From Alphaproteobacteria bacterium (GTDB taxonomy: Bacteria; Pseudomonadota; Alphaproteobacteria; Rs-D84; SZUA-605), in the NCBI GenBank assembly GCA_031549385.1, contig JAVBPW010000001.1, forward strand, positions 320,001 through 384,000: 64,000 nucleotides of DNA, in the 5' to 3' direction. Made by a program: the position numbers and the translations under genes. Positions within the stretch are counted from its first letter, which is position 1. The number at the start of each line of letters is the position of its first letter. A model generated the notes under the pieces. That model searched no databases. It saw nothing but the letters and a program-made list of their open reading frames with translations, and was not told the DNA's origin. Shown piece after piece: positions 1-9,178 of the stretch.

Positions 1-623
1 ACTGTATAGTCTGCAAATTTTACTAGGTGAGCTGATTGCATTATTTTCTTTTGATTTTCTCTTACGTAATCTTGAATTATTTCACCTTTTGCAACTAGTT
101 TATCTACTATTTCTTCATCACCTCTGATTATCTTTCCCCATATTTCATATTTTGGTTTTTTGTATTCTGGGTTTGAAAATAAAGCATAATTAAATTGTTT
201 GTTTTCTTCTGATAATTTCCAAATATCATAATCAGCTATTAATTGTAGGCCTTTTGGAAATGGTAAATATGGATAGAAATAATCCCAACAATTTTTAATT
301 GCTGCTTGTTCTAAATTCAAATGTGCATTTATTTTTAATGCTGCAAAATCTGCTTTTGCAGATGCATGGTGATCTATCCATACAAAGTTTTGTTTATACT
401 TTGATAATAGCTTTTTCATATCTTCAATTGGAAATACTACATCAACCATGTATACAATTCCATCGTTGTCAAAAGTTTCATAAGGAGGAAGTTTTGCCCC
501 ATAGTTCCAGCCATAAACTTGTACTTTATCACCTAGCTCTTTATGATAGTGATTTACTACTGCGGCGGATCCTATACCGTCAAAGTCTGCGTTGTGATAA
601 ATACAATATACTTGTCTTGCCAT
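1..623 (-). CDS. DHH-family phosphoesterase (runs off the window start; not in the ORF track)
   Basis: Manual translation from ATG at 623: MARQVYCIYHNADFDGIGSAAV...VYMVDV...WIDHHASAK...IADYDIW. Contains the DxDG, D and DHH motifs and lies directly downstream of rlmE. Confidence 0.85.
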   Translation of the reverse strand, partial: MARQVYCIYHNADFDGIGSAAVVNHYHKELGDKVQVYGWNYGAKLPPYETFDNDGIVYMVDVVFPIEDMKKLLSKYKQNFVWIDHHASAKADFAALKINAHLNLEQAAIKNCWDYFYPYLPFPKGLQLIADYDIWKLSEENKQFNYALFSNPEYKKPKYEIWGKIIRGDEEIVDKLVAKGEIIQDYVRENQKKIMQSAHLVKFADYT

Positions 624-625
624 TA

Positions 626-1285
626 CTATTTTTCTCCTTTAAATCCTGATGCTACTAAAAAAATTTCTACACTATCAGAACGTGACGATTTTGGTTTGAA
701 GTGTTCTACCTTTTTAAATGATTTTTTCATTTCAGTCAATAATTCGTTTTCTGCTCCACCTCGGAATACTTTTGCAATCAATGTTCCACCTTCTTTTAAA
801 TTTATTTTTGCAAATTCAAAAACTTCTTCAAGAAGGGCTATTATTCTTATATGGTCTACTGATTTCATTCCGCTTGTGTTTGGTGCCATGTCTGACATTA
901 TTATGTCTACCTTTCCAAATTGTGATGATAACCATTTTTGTGTTTGCTCATCGGTGAAATCTGCTTGTCTGAAAATTAATCCTTCTATTGGTTCAATATC
1001 AAGAAGGTCAATGCCAACTACATTTCCTTTTCCTACATATGGAATTACTACTTGGCTCCACCCACCTGGGGCTGCACCTAAATCTATTACTTTTTTACCA
1101 CGAGAAAAAAATTTGTACTTATCTTGGATTTCTTGAATCTTATAACAAGCACGACAACGCAAGCCTTCATCCTTTGCTTTTTTTGTAAATTCATCTTTTA
1201 ATTGTCTTTTTAACCAAAGAGTTGAGGATTTTTTTCTGCCTCTGGAACTTTTGACTATTTCTTTCTTTGTGTTAGTACCACGCAT
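626..1285 (-). CDS. rlmE: 23S rRNA (uridine-2'-O)-methyltransferase RlmE/FtsJ
   Basis: VIDLGAAPGGWSQ, SDMAPN, KPKSSRSDSVE motifs. Confidence 0.95.
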   Translation of the reverse strand: MRGTNTKKEIVKSSRGRKKSSTLWLKRQLKDEFTKKAKDEGLRCRACYKIQEIQDKYKFFSRGKKVIDLGAAPGGWSQVVIPYVGKGNVVGIDLLDIEPIEGLIFRQADFTDEQTQKWLSSQFGKVDIIMSDMAPNTSGMKSVDHIRIIALLEEVFEFAKINLKEGGTLIAKVFRGGAENELLTEMKKSFKKVEHFKPKSSRSDSVEIFLVASGFKGEK

Positions 1286-1358
1286 TGTTTTTTCTTTCTT
1301 TTTTTATTATTAGGATTATTATATGAATTAATTGAAATAATGGCAATATAAAAAGAAA

Positions 1359-2015
1359 ATGCAGAAAATTAACCTTAATAAAGAACTCTTTTTTAATCTG
1401 GAAAAGCAAATTTTTGAACAAAATTTGAACCATGACTCTGAACCCTTTGATGTTATTAAAGAACGTTTAAGTAATAGACCTATATTTAGTGTTGATGAGT
1501 TTTTTTGGAATGCTTCATATGTTATTTTAGCTTCTGGATTTTCCCAAAAGACTGCTAAAAGAAAGCATTTAGAAATTATGGATTATTTTAAAAATAACCC
1601 TAAAAAGCCGGCGTTTGATGAGCTTATTAAGATTTTTGGAAATATTAATAAGATTAAAGCTATTATGAAAATGTGGGATAATAAACAGGTTTATAGAGAT
1701 GAATACTATAAACTTAATAATATTGATGAAAGAGTTGAATATTTATCTAAACTCCCTCATATAGGAAAAATTACTGCGAATCACTTTGCTCGTAATTTAG
1801 GTGAAAATATTGTTAAGTATGATGTTTGGATTCAAAGATTTGGAATTAGAGTTTTAGGAGAAGAAAAAGATTTTGAATTAGTTGGAACTCCTCTTAGTCC
1901 TAAAATAAAACAATATTGTGATAATTGTTTTGAAAAGTTGGAAAAAGAAACTGGATATCCTAAAGGTTATATTGATCTTATTTTATGGAAAGCTTCTCAA
2001 GAAAAACTAATTTAG
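1359..2015 (+). CDS. Helix-hairpin-helix DNA glycosylase-like protein
   Basis: LSKLPHIGKITANHFARNLG..KYDVWI resembles the HhH motif plus catalytic Asp of OGG/EndoIII-type glycosylases. Confidence 0.6.
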   Translation: MQKINLNKELFFNLEKQIFEQNLNHDSEPFDVIKERLSNRPIFSVDEFFWNASYVILASGFSQKTAKRKHLEIMDYFKNNPKKPAFDELIKIFGNINKIKAIMKMWDNKQVYRDEYYKLNNIDERVEYLSKLPHIGKITANHFARNLGENIVKYDVWIQRFGIRVLGEEKDFELVGTPLSPKIKQYCDNCFEKLEKETGYPKGYIDLILWKASQEKLI

Positions 2016-2410
2016 AATTCTTCGTCGTAAAATTCTTCATCATCTAAAGGTTCATCGTCTAATAATAATTCGCCGTCGTCAAATACAGGAAAGTCTTTAT
2101 CATCTGCTTTTACTGGTTCTTGGAATGGAAGAACTTTCTTTTCTTCTTTAGCTGGCACAGGGGTAGTTGTGGTTGTTGATAAAGAAGTTGTTGGTTTTGC
2201 AGATCTTGCTGCTGGAGCTGCACCAAATAAAGCGTTATATTCATCGTTATTATATGCTGGAGATATTTCATCCATTTTTCTGTGTTTGTTTTCTAATAAA
2301 ATTTTTTGAGTTTCTCTGGCATTGTGTGTTGTATGGAATGTTTGCTCAGCTGCAGACGGTGCTGAGGATATGCAAATTAAAGCAAAAAAAAGCAAATTTT
2401 TTTCCATCAA
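2012..2410 (-). CDS. Hypothetical exported protein with acidic tail
   Basis: Signal-peptide-like N-terminus, Thr/Pro linker, D/E-rich C-terminus. Confidence 0.6.
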   Translation of the reverse strand: MMEKNLLFFALICISSAPSAAEQTFHTTHNARETQKILLENKHRKMDEISPAYNNDEYNALFGAAPAARSAKPTTSLSTTTTTPVPAKEEKKVLPFQEPVKADDKDFPVFDDGELLLDDEPLDDEEFYDEEF

Positions 2411-2465
2411 TTGATTTTACCATATTTTTCAAGTCCTTGCAAGGTAGGGGGATTTTGCTTTTTTG

Positions 2466-2493
2466 TTGAATTTTGTTTTTCCTTGATTATAAT
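2466..2493 (+). promoter_or_regulatory. sigma70-type promoter of the aspS leader
   Basis: TTGAAT(2466-71), 16 nt spacer, TATAAT(2488-93). Confidence 0.65.
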
Positions 2494-2502
2494 GGTGTTC
2501 CA

Positions 2503-2670
2503 GACGATGATGCTGCAAACACAGCGGAGTTGAAGGAAGAACAAAGCTTTAAGCTTTTATTAGAACCTTCCGGGTTTGCCCGATATAGCTTATCAAAGAC
2601 CAAAGTAAGGTGGCACCGCGAATCTTTCGCCCTTATAGTTATAAAATTTTAAAGAAGTTATGTAAGGAGC
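2503..2670 (+). promoter_or_regulatory. T-box riboswitch, probably translational, with ultrashort stem I
   Basis: Antiterminator-type fold AAGG-TGGCACC-GCGAA-tct-TTCGC-CCTT (2607-2634); stem II GAAGG..CCTTC; stem IIA CGGG-TTTG-CCCG; upstream of an aminoacyl-tRNA synthetase gene. Confidence 0.8.
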
Positions 2671-2675
2671 TTGTT

Positions 2676-4436
2676 ATGAACAAATATAGAAGCCATACTT
2701 GTGGGCAGTTAAATGAAACTAATATTGGTCAAAAGGTTAAACTATCTGGTTGGGTTAATCGTAAACGTGATCATGGAAATTTAGTTTTTATCGATTTAAG
2801 AGATCATTATGGAATTACTCAATGTGTTATTCAAAATAGTGATAAGAATTTTGGTGTTGTTGAAACTTTAAAACCTGAATATGTTGTTTGTATTGAAGGT
2901 AATGTTGTTGCTCGTGATGCTTCTGTTATTAATGATAAAATTCCAACAGGAAAAATTGAAATTGTTATTGAAGATATTAGTATTCTTTCAACTTCTGAAA
3001 CTCTTCCTTTCCAAGTTTCTGTTGAAGAAAAAACTGCTGAAGATTTACGTTTGAAATATAGATATCTTGATTTAAGACGTGAAAAACTTCAACGTAATAT
3101 GAAGATTAGAGATTTAGTAATTAGATCTATGAGAAAAAGAATGTGGGATTTGGGGTTTAATGAATTTCAAACTCCTATATTGACTTCTACATCACCTGAA
3201 GGGGCTCGTGATTTTTTGGTACCTTCTCGTATGCATGAAGGAAAATTTTATGCTCTTCCTCAAGCGCCACAACAATATAAACAACTTTCACAAATCGCTG
3301 GGTTTGATAATTATTTTCAAATTGCACCTTGTTTCAGAGATGAAGATACAAGAGCTGATCGTGTGTTTGAATTTTATCAATTAGATATTGAAATGTCATT
3401 TGTTGAACAAGAAGATATTTTTGCTGTTGGAGAATCTGTTATCCCAGAAATATTTAAAGAATTTGCAAATGGAAGAACTGTTGATCCTAATATCCCAAGG
3501 ATATCTTATGATGAAGTTTTGGAAAAATATGGAACAGATAAGCCTGATTTGAGAAATCCTATTATAATTAAAGATGCTTCTGAAATATTTAAAGATTCTG
3601 GTTTTGGAGTATTTGCTTCTGCTGTTGAAAAGGGACAAGTTGTTAAGGCTATTATTGCTCCAGCATCTTCTGATAAACCTCGTTCATGGTTTGATAAACT
3701 TGGGGAATTTGCTATTGAGATTGGTCTTAAAGGACTTGCTTATATGGTGTTTACTGAAAATGAAGTTAAAGGACCAGTTGCTAAGAATTTAGATCAAGAG
3801 CGAATCAATAAAATTAAAGAACTTTGTGGTGCTTCAACCGGAGATAGTATATTCTTTGTTTGTGAAAATTTAGAAGCTGCACAAAAAGCTGCTGGTAAAG
3901 TTAGAATTAGATTAGGTGAAGATTTAAATTTAATTGATAAAAATGATTTTAAATTTTGTTGGGTAGTAGATTTTCCATTCTTTGAACTTGATAGTGAAAC
4001 TGGTACAGTTGGATTTTGCCATAACCCGTTTGGTTTAAATCAAGGTGGAATTGAAGCTTTAAAAACACAAGACCCATTGACTATTAAAGCTTATCAATAT
4101 GATATGGTTTGTAATGGAGCAGAAATTTGTTCAGGTGGACTTAGAAATTTTGATCAAGAGGCTATGAAAATAGCATTTGCTATTGCAGGATATGATGAAG
4201 AAACTGTTAAAACAAAATTTTCTGCACTATGGTTAGCTTTCCAATATGGTCCTCCTCCAACAGCTGGATGTGCATATGGTGTTGATAGAATCGTTATGAT
4301 GCTTTCTGATGAACCTAATTTAAGAGAAGTTATTTTGTTCCCTATTAATCAAAAAGGACAGGATTTGATGATGAATGCTCCGATTGAGGCGACAGAAAAG
4401 CAATTACGTGAATTGCACATTAAGTTAAGAAGATAG
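2676..4436 (+). CDS. aspS: Aspartate-tRNA ligase, likely non-discriminating Asp/Asn type
   Basis: [38 protein letters not shown]; start ATG 2676 follows SD TAAGGAG. Confidence 0.96.
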   Translation: MNKYRSHTCGQLNETNIGQKVKLSGWVNRKRDHGNLVFIDLRDHYGITQCVIQNSDKNFGVVETLKPEYVVCIEGNVVARDASVINDKIPTGKIEIVIEDISILSTSETLPFQVSVEEKTAEDLRLKYRYLDLRREKLQRNMKIRDLVIRSMRKRMWDLGFNEFQTPILTSTSPEGARDFLVPSRMHEGKFYALPQAPQQYKQLSQIAGFDNYFQIAPCFRDEDTRADRVFEFYQLDIEMSFVEQEDIFAVGESVIPEIFKEFANGRTVDPNIPRISYDEVLEKYGTDKPDLRNPIIIKDASEIFKDSGFGVFASAVEKGQVVKAIIAPASSDKPRSWFDKLGEFAIEIGLKGLAYMVFTENEVKGPVAKNLDQERINKIKELCGASTGDSIFFVCENLEAAQKAAGKVRIRLGEDLNLIDKNDFKFCWVVDFPFFELDSETGTVGFCHNPFGLNQGGIEALKTQDPLTIKAYQYDMVCNGAEICSGGLRNFDQEAMKIAFAIAGYDEETVKTKFSALWLAFQYGPPPTAGCAYGVDRIVMMLSDEPNLREVILFPINQKGQDLMMNAPIEATEKQLRELHIKLRR

Positions 4437-4437
4437 A

Positions 4438-4468
4438 AATGATGCTCCGAGATGGAGCATTATTTTTA
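4438..4468 (+). terminator. Intrinsic terminator after aspS
   Basis: AATGATGCTCC-gagat-GGAGCATTATT followed by T tract. Confidence 0.75.
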
Positions 4469-4565
4469 TAAAAATATGGGAATATTTTTCTATTGTAACT
4501 TATTTTAATAAGTTTATTATCAAATTTGATAAATAATAAATTAAATTTATAAAAAATATATTACC

Positions 4566-4847
4566 ATGAGTAATAAGAATAAACATGTTATAGAAGAGCC
4601 GGTTATTTCTACACCTGTTGTGAATCAAATTCAAAAAGTTATTGATGATTTTTTGGGTGAAGATACTAAGTATGATGATTCAAAAGGGACTAGAGAATAT
4701 TCTTCTGACGGGACAAAAGCTGTTCGTTATGATAGTGATGACAATGGAATTCATTTACATTTGGAAAAATTAGATGAACAAGGCCATGTTATTTATCCAG
4801 ATACAGTTGTTCCAATATGTATTCCTAGTAATGAGCCGGAAGATTGA
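4566..4847 (+). CDS. Hypothetical protein (93 aa)
   Basis: Open frame with A-rich leader and no recognisable family; SSDGTKAVRYD..IHLHLE segment. Confidence 0.6.
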   Translation: MSNKNKHVIEEPVISTPVVNQIQKVIDDFLGEDTKYDDSKGTREYSSDGTKAVRYDSDDNGIHLHLEKLDEQGHVIYPDTVVPICIPSNEPED

Positions 4848-4888
4848 TTTTGGGAGAGGTTATCCTCTCCTTTATTAAAGGAGATATT

Positions 4889-5221
4889 ATGATAGAGAAG
4901 ACTTATTTTATTGAAGAATCAAAAAGATTTTATCCTTATAAAGATGATGAAAACTATTTTGTTACCATTAGAAAAGAAAAAGAGAAAAAATATGATGGTT
5001 TTGAATATGTCTATAAATTAATAGAGTATGTTGATGGTAAAGATAATGGGGATTTTTTAGTAGCTGTAAAAAAATCTGGAGATAAAGTTTTTACTTTTGA
5101 TAAAAATAATATGTTTGGAAAAAATAAAGATGAATTAATTGATGGTATAATTGAATTTATGAAATACTTTCATCAATATGATCTTAAAAAAGAAGATATA
5201 GAAGATTTTGTAGAATTTTAA
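4889..5221 (+). CDS. Hypothetical acidic/aromatic protein (110 aa)
   Basis: ATG at 4889 follows SD AAGGAG. Confidence 0.65.
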   Translation: MIEKTYFIEESKRFYPYKDDENYFVTIRKEKEKKYDGFEYVYKLIEYVDGKDNGDFLVAVKKSGDKVFTFDKNNMFGKNKDELIDGIIEFMKYFHQYDLKKEDIEDFVEF

Positions 5222-5742
5222 TTTTTTTCAAAGTGTTGGTAGTCTTTCATAGAACCCCATGAACCGCCCCAGGAAAATCCTCTTTTGATAAATGCTTTAT
5301 GACATATATCATTTTTCTTTATGCAATGATTACATGGTTCTTGTCTTTTTATATTTTTTGCATTTTTAGGTAAGACTTTATTTCCTTTTATATATGGATT
5401 GTATAAAGGATTTATGTCTATGGCCAAACCAAGTGCGTGTTTTGACTTTTGATTTGAATTAGGTTTATTTCTATTGTTATATCCACTTGTATTATTATCT
5501 TCCATAGATTTTTCATCATCGTAATTGTATTTTGAAAGCGGGTTGATTTTTTCTATTTGATATTTTGCTTGGTAGAGTTCTTCAAATATTTCTTTTATAT
5601 TTTTTTTAATTGAACAATTTACTTCTAATGTTCCTTCATGTGACTTATTGTCGAATCCATAATATTTAACTGAAAATGAACAAATTTCATTTGCATAAGT
5701 TGGGAAAATTAATAGAGAAAATATTATTAATAATAGACGCAT
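5218..5742 (-). CDS. M15-family metallopeptidase (peptidoglycan peptidase)
   Basis: SKHALGLAIDINP and WGGSW...DYQHFE zinc motifs; signal peptide. Confidence 0.88.
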   Translation of the reverse strand: MRLLLIIFSLLIFPTYANEICSFSVKYYGFDNKSHEGTLEVNCSIKKNIKEIFEELYQAKYQIEKINPLSKYNYDDEKSMEDNNTSGYNNRNKPNSNQKSKHALGLAIDINPLYNPYIKGNKVLPKNAKNIKRQEPCNHCIKKNDICHKAFIKRGFSWGGSWGSMKDYQHFEKN

Positions 5743-5743
5743 T

Positions 5744-8700
5744 TTAATCCATTATAACTGTGATTTTTTCTTTTTTTAACTTTGTTACTAGTTCGTGTGT
5801 GATTTGGTATTTCTTTGGCAATGATAATGATGCTATACCTGCTGATGTTGCTATTTTAGCAGTTATATGTGCATTACCCGGTTTTGCTTCTGAGAGTATT
5901 TCATTTAACTTTGTTACTTGGTCTGTATCTTTTAATTGTAAGATGAAGTGAAATGTATTTACTAGGAAATAGTTTTCTAAGAAATCTATTGCTTTTGCAA
6001 AGATTGTATACGAATCACCGTCTTTTTTAAGTTGGCCAGTTATTATTACAGGAGTGTCTTTCTTTAACATATCTCTGTTTATTAAATTTTCAAATACAAG
6101 AGCAGAAAAAGTTCCTTCCATGTCTGATAGAGATAAAATAGCCATTGGCTTTTTAGTTTCTTTTGTTTCTTTGAAGAATACTGTGTCTATTACTGCTGCA
6201 ACTGTTATGTTTCCATTTTCATGTGTCGTTTTGAAAAATGATGAATTTAAAACTTTTCTTTTTTGTAATAATTCTTCGTAAGAAAAAATAGGGTGTGAGG
6301 TTATGTAGAAGCCTATTGCTTCGTACTCTTTTTTTATTTGATCTGACAAAGTCATCTTGTTTGCTTTTTTAAAACTTGCCATTAAATTATTATCATGCGA
6401 ATCACTTATTTCACCAAATAAACTTACTTGATCTGCTTCTTGTTCTTGTGCTTTTATTCGAGCATGGTTTATCATTACATCTACATTATTTAAAAGTAAG
6501 GCACGGTTTTGTTCAAGCGAATCCATTGCTCCGGCTTTGATTAAATTTTCTAACATTCTTTTGTTGATTGATTTGTAGTCTATTCTGTTTATTAAATCAG
6601 AAATATCTTTGAAGTCGCCGTTTTTTGTTCTTTCTTCTACTATTTGACGCATTGCTTCTGGGCCTACATTTTTTATTGCTCCAAGGGCATAGCGAATCGA
6701 ACCTTCTTCTACTTTAAATTCTGAATTTGATTTATTTATGTCTGGGGGAAATACTTCCAAATTATTTTTTTTACAATCTTTAAAAAACATTGAAAGTTTA
6801 TCAGTGTCTTCTTCATAATTCATTGTAGCTGCCATAAAATATGGACGAAAATGAGTTTTTAAATATGCTGTTTGGTAAGCTATGTAAGCGTAACAGGCTG
6901 CGTGTGATTTGTTAAATCCGTATGAAGCAAATTTTTCCATTAAGTTCCAAATACTTTCAGCTTCTTCTTTTGGAATGTTGTTGTTTATTGCACCTTCAAT
7001 GAATTCTATTTTTAATTCTGCCATAAGTTTTGCTATTTTTTTACCCATAGCTTTTCTTACAGTGTCAGCTTTACCTTTTGAGAAGTTTGCAAGTATTTGA
7101 GAAATTTGCATAACTTGTTCTTGGTAAACTATTACTCCGTATGTTGGTGATAAAATTCCTTCTAATGATGGATGTGGATATTCTATTTTTTCAACACCAT
7201 GTTTACGATTAATAAACATTGGAATGTTTTCTATAGGGCCTGGACGATACAATGCATTCATAGCAATTAATTCTTCAAACTTTGTTGGTTGAAGTTTTTG
7301 TAAGTATTCTTGCATGCCTCGGCTTTCAAACTGGAATATACCTACTGTATCTCCACGAGCAAATAATTCATATACTTTTGGGTCTTCAAGATTTAACTTG
7401 TTTATATCTGGAGCTTTTAAACCATCTTTTTCTATGAGCTCAATTGTTTGTTTCATTATTGATAATGTTTTTAAACCTAAAAAGTCGTATTTTACTAAGC
7501 CTGTATCTTCTACTGAATAAACGTCAAACTGAGTGTTTGGCATTTGAGAACGATCATCTTTATATAATGGAATTAATTCTGTTAATGGACGATCACCAAT
7601 TACTATTCCACATGCATGTGTTCCTGTTTGTCTGTATAGACCTTCAAGTTGTTCTGCATAGTTTAAAAGTAATGCAATATTTTCATCATTTTGTTTTAAG
7701 TCTTTTAATTCTTGGCTTTGTTCAATTGCTTGCTTCAATGTTACTGATTGATTTGCTTCTGCTGGTATTAGTTTTGCTATTCTGTCTACCACAGGATGAG
7801 GTATTCTCATTACACGACCTACGTCGCGAATCGCTGACTTGGCTTGAAGTTCACCAAAGCTTATTATTTGTGCTACTTTATCTTGGCCATATTTTTCTTT
7901 TACGTAATTAATTACTTCTTCACGCCCGTCTTTGCAAAAGTCTATATCAAAATCAGGCATTGATATACGATCTGGGTTTAAAAATCTTTCAAACAATAAT
8001 CCATATTGTAGTGGATTTAAATCTGTGATTTCTAATCCCCATGCTACTATTGATCCTGCACCTGAACCTCGACCTGGACCAACTGGAATATTTCTGTTCT
8101 TTGCCCATTTTATAAAGTCTGACACTATTAAAAAATATCCTGGAAAACCCATGTTGTTTATAACTGATAATTCAAAGTCTAATCTTTCCCAATATTGTTT
8201 TTGATCTTCCTCTGATAGTTTTAAATCTTCTAATCTTTTCTTTAATCCATCACGAGATTGTTGTTCCAAAATTTCCTTTTCAGAATACTTTGTTGTATCA
8301 TATGCGTGAGGAAGTAAAGGAGGGCGGTTTGGTACTGCGAATCCACAACGTTGAGCTATTGTTACTGTGTTTTGAATTGCTTCTGGTAAGTCTTCGAAAA
8401 GAGTTTCCATTTGTTCTTGTGATTTAAAATAATGATGAGTTGTTTCTTTACGGCGGTCTATTTCATCTGTGAATGTTGCTTGAGATATACATAAGAACGC
8501 ATCATGTGCTAAATACATTTCTTCTTTATCAAAATAACATTCGTTTGTGGCAACTAGTGGAATGTTTAAATCAGTTGCTATTTTTATGAAATGTGGTTCA
8601 AGTTGTTCTTCTGGTTCCAAAAAATGTCTTTGAATTTCTACATAAAATCTGTTTGTGAAAATTTCATTTAACTTTTTTGCTATTACATTTGTATTTTCAA

Positions 8701-9166
8701 AATTATTGTTTGATAGATTTTTTCCTATTACCCCTTTTATTCCACCTGAAAGACAAATTAAACCTTCATTGAATTCTTGTAATGTTTCCCAAGATGCTGA
8801 TGGAGTAAATCCAGATGCTGAGTTTGTGTAAACTTGAGATAATATTTTTGTTATATTTAGATAACCTTTTTCATTTTGAACTAATAAAACTATTTGACCT
8901 AGTTCAGGTTCAAGCTTTTTTCCAAAGCTATCAAAGCGTTCTTCAAGTTCAATAGGTATATTAATTTGAGTTCCAATTATAGGCTGAATGCCGGCTTTTA
9001 GAGTAGTTTTTGAAAATTCTGGCCAGCCAAAACCATTATTTGTATCTGTTATGGCTACAGCTGGCATTTTGTTTTCTTTGGCTAGACTTACAAGATTGTC
9101 TATTTTTATAGCACCTTCAGCTAATGAATAGCTGCTATGATTTCTGAGGTGTATAAACTTCGGCAT
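5744..9166 (-). CDS. dnaE: DNA polymerase III alpha subunit
   Basis: PHP domain HLRNHSSYS; GPGRGSGAGS; PDFDIDF; YGFNKSHA. Confidence 0.97.
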   Translation of the reverse strand: MPKFIHLRNHSSYSLAEGAIKIDNLVSLAKENKMPAVAITDTNNGFGWPEFSKTTLKAGIQPIIGTQINIPIELEERFDSFGKKLEPELGQIVLLVQNEKGYLNITKILSQVYTNSASGFTPSASWETLQEFNEGLICLSGGIKGVIGKNLSNNNFENTNVIAKKLNEIFTNRFYVEIQRHFLEPEEQLEPHFIKIATDLNIPLVATNECYFDKEEMYLAHDAFLCISQATFTDEIDRRKETTHHYFKSQEQMETLFEDLPEAIQNTVTIAQRCGFAVPNRPPLLPHAYDTTKYSEKEILEQQSRDGLKKRLEDLKLSEEDQKQYWERLDFELSVINNMGFPGYFLIVSDFIKWAKNRNIPVGPGRGSGAGSIVAWGLEITDLNPLQYGLLFERFLNPDRISMPDFDIDFCKDGREEVINYVKEKYGQDKVAQIISFGELQAKSAIRDVGRVMRIPHPVVDRIAKLIPAEANQSVTLKQAIEQSQELKDLKQNDENIALLLNYAEQLEGLYRQTGTHACGIVIGDRPLTELIPLYKDDRSQMPNTQFDVYSVEDTGLVKYDFLGLKTLSIMKQTIELIEKDGLKAPDINKLNLEDPKVYELFARGDTVGIFQFESRGMQEYLQKLQPTKFEELIAMNALYRPGPIENIPMFINRKHGVEKIEYPHPSLEGILSPTYGVIVYQEQVMQISQILANFSKGKADTVRKAMGKKIAKLMAELKIEFIEGAINNNIPKEEAESIWNLMEKFASYGFNKSHAACYAYIAYQTAYLKTHFRPYFMAATMNYEEDTDKLSMFFKDCKKNNLEVFPPDINKSNSEFKVEEGSIRYALGAIKNVGPEAMRQIVEERTKNGDFKDISDLINRIDYKSINKRMLENLIKAGAMDSLEQNRALLLNNVDVMINHARIKAQEQEADQVSLFGEISDSHDNNLMASFKKANKMTLSDQIKKEYEAIGFYITSHPIFSYEELLQKRKVLNSSFFKTTHENGNITVAAVIDTVFFKETKETKKPMAILSLSDMEGTFSALVFENLINRDMLKKDTPVIITGQLKKDGDSYTIFAKAIDFLENYFLVNTFHFILQLKDTDQVTKLNEILSEAKPGNAHITAKIATSAGIASLSLPKKYQITHELVTKLKKEKITVIMD

Positions 9167-9178
9167 CTTTTCTCCAAA

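Noticed and set aside
299-1188. Plus-strand ORFs 299-649, 543-1136, 718-957 and 988-1188
   Set aside because: Antisense shadows of rlmE and the DHH gene; the same applies to the many short opposite-strand ORFs inside dnaE, secA, eno, rpoBC and others
2500-2640. 6S RNA or independent sRNA interpretation of the aspS leader
   Set aside because: No long rod with a central bubble; the T-box motifs and the downstream synthetase gene explain it better
2610-2675. GTG start extending AspS to 608 aa
   Set aside because: Lies inside the T-box; the SD and homology both point to ATG 2676
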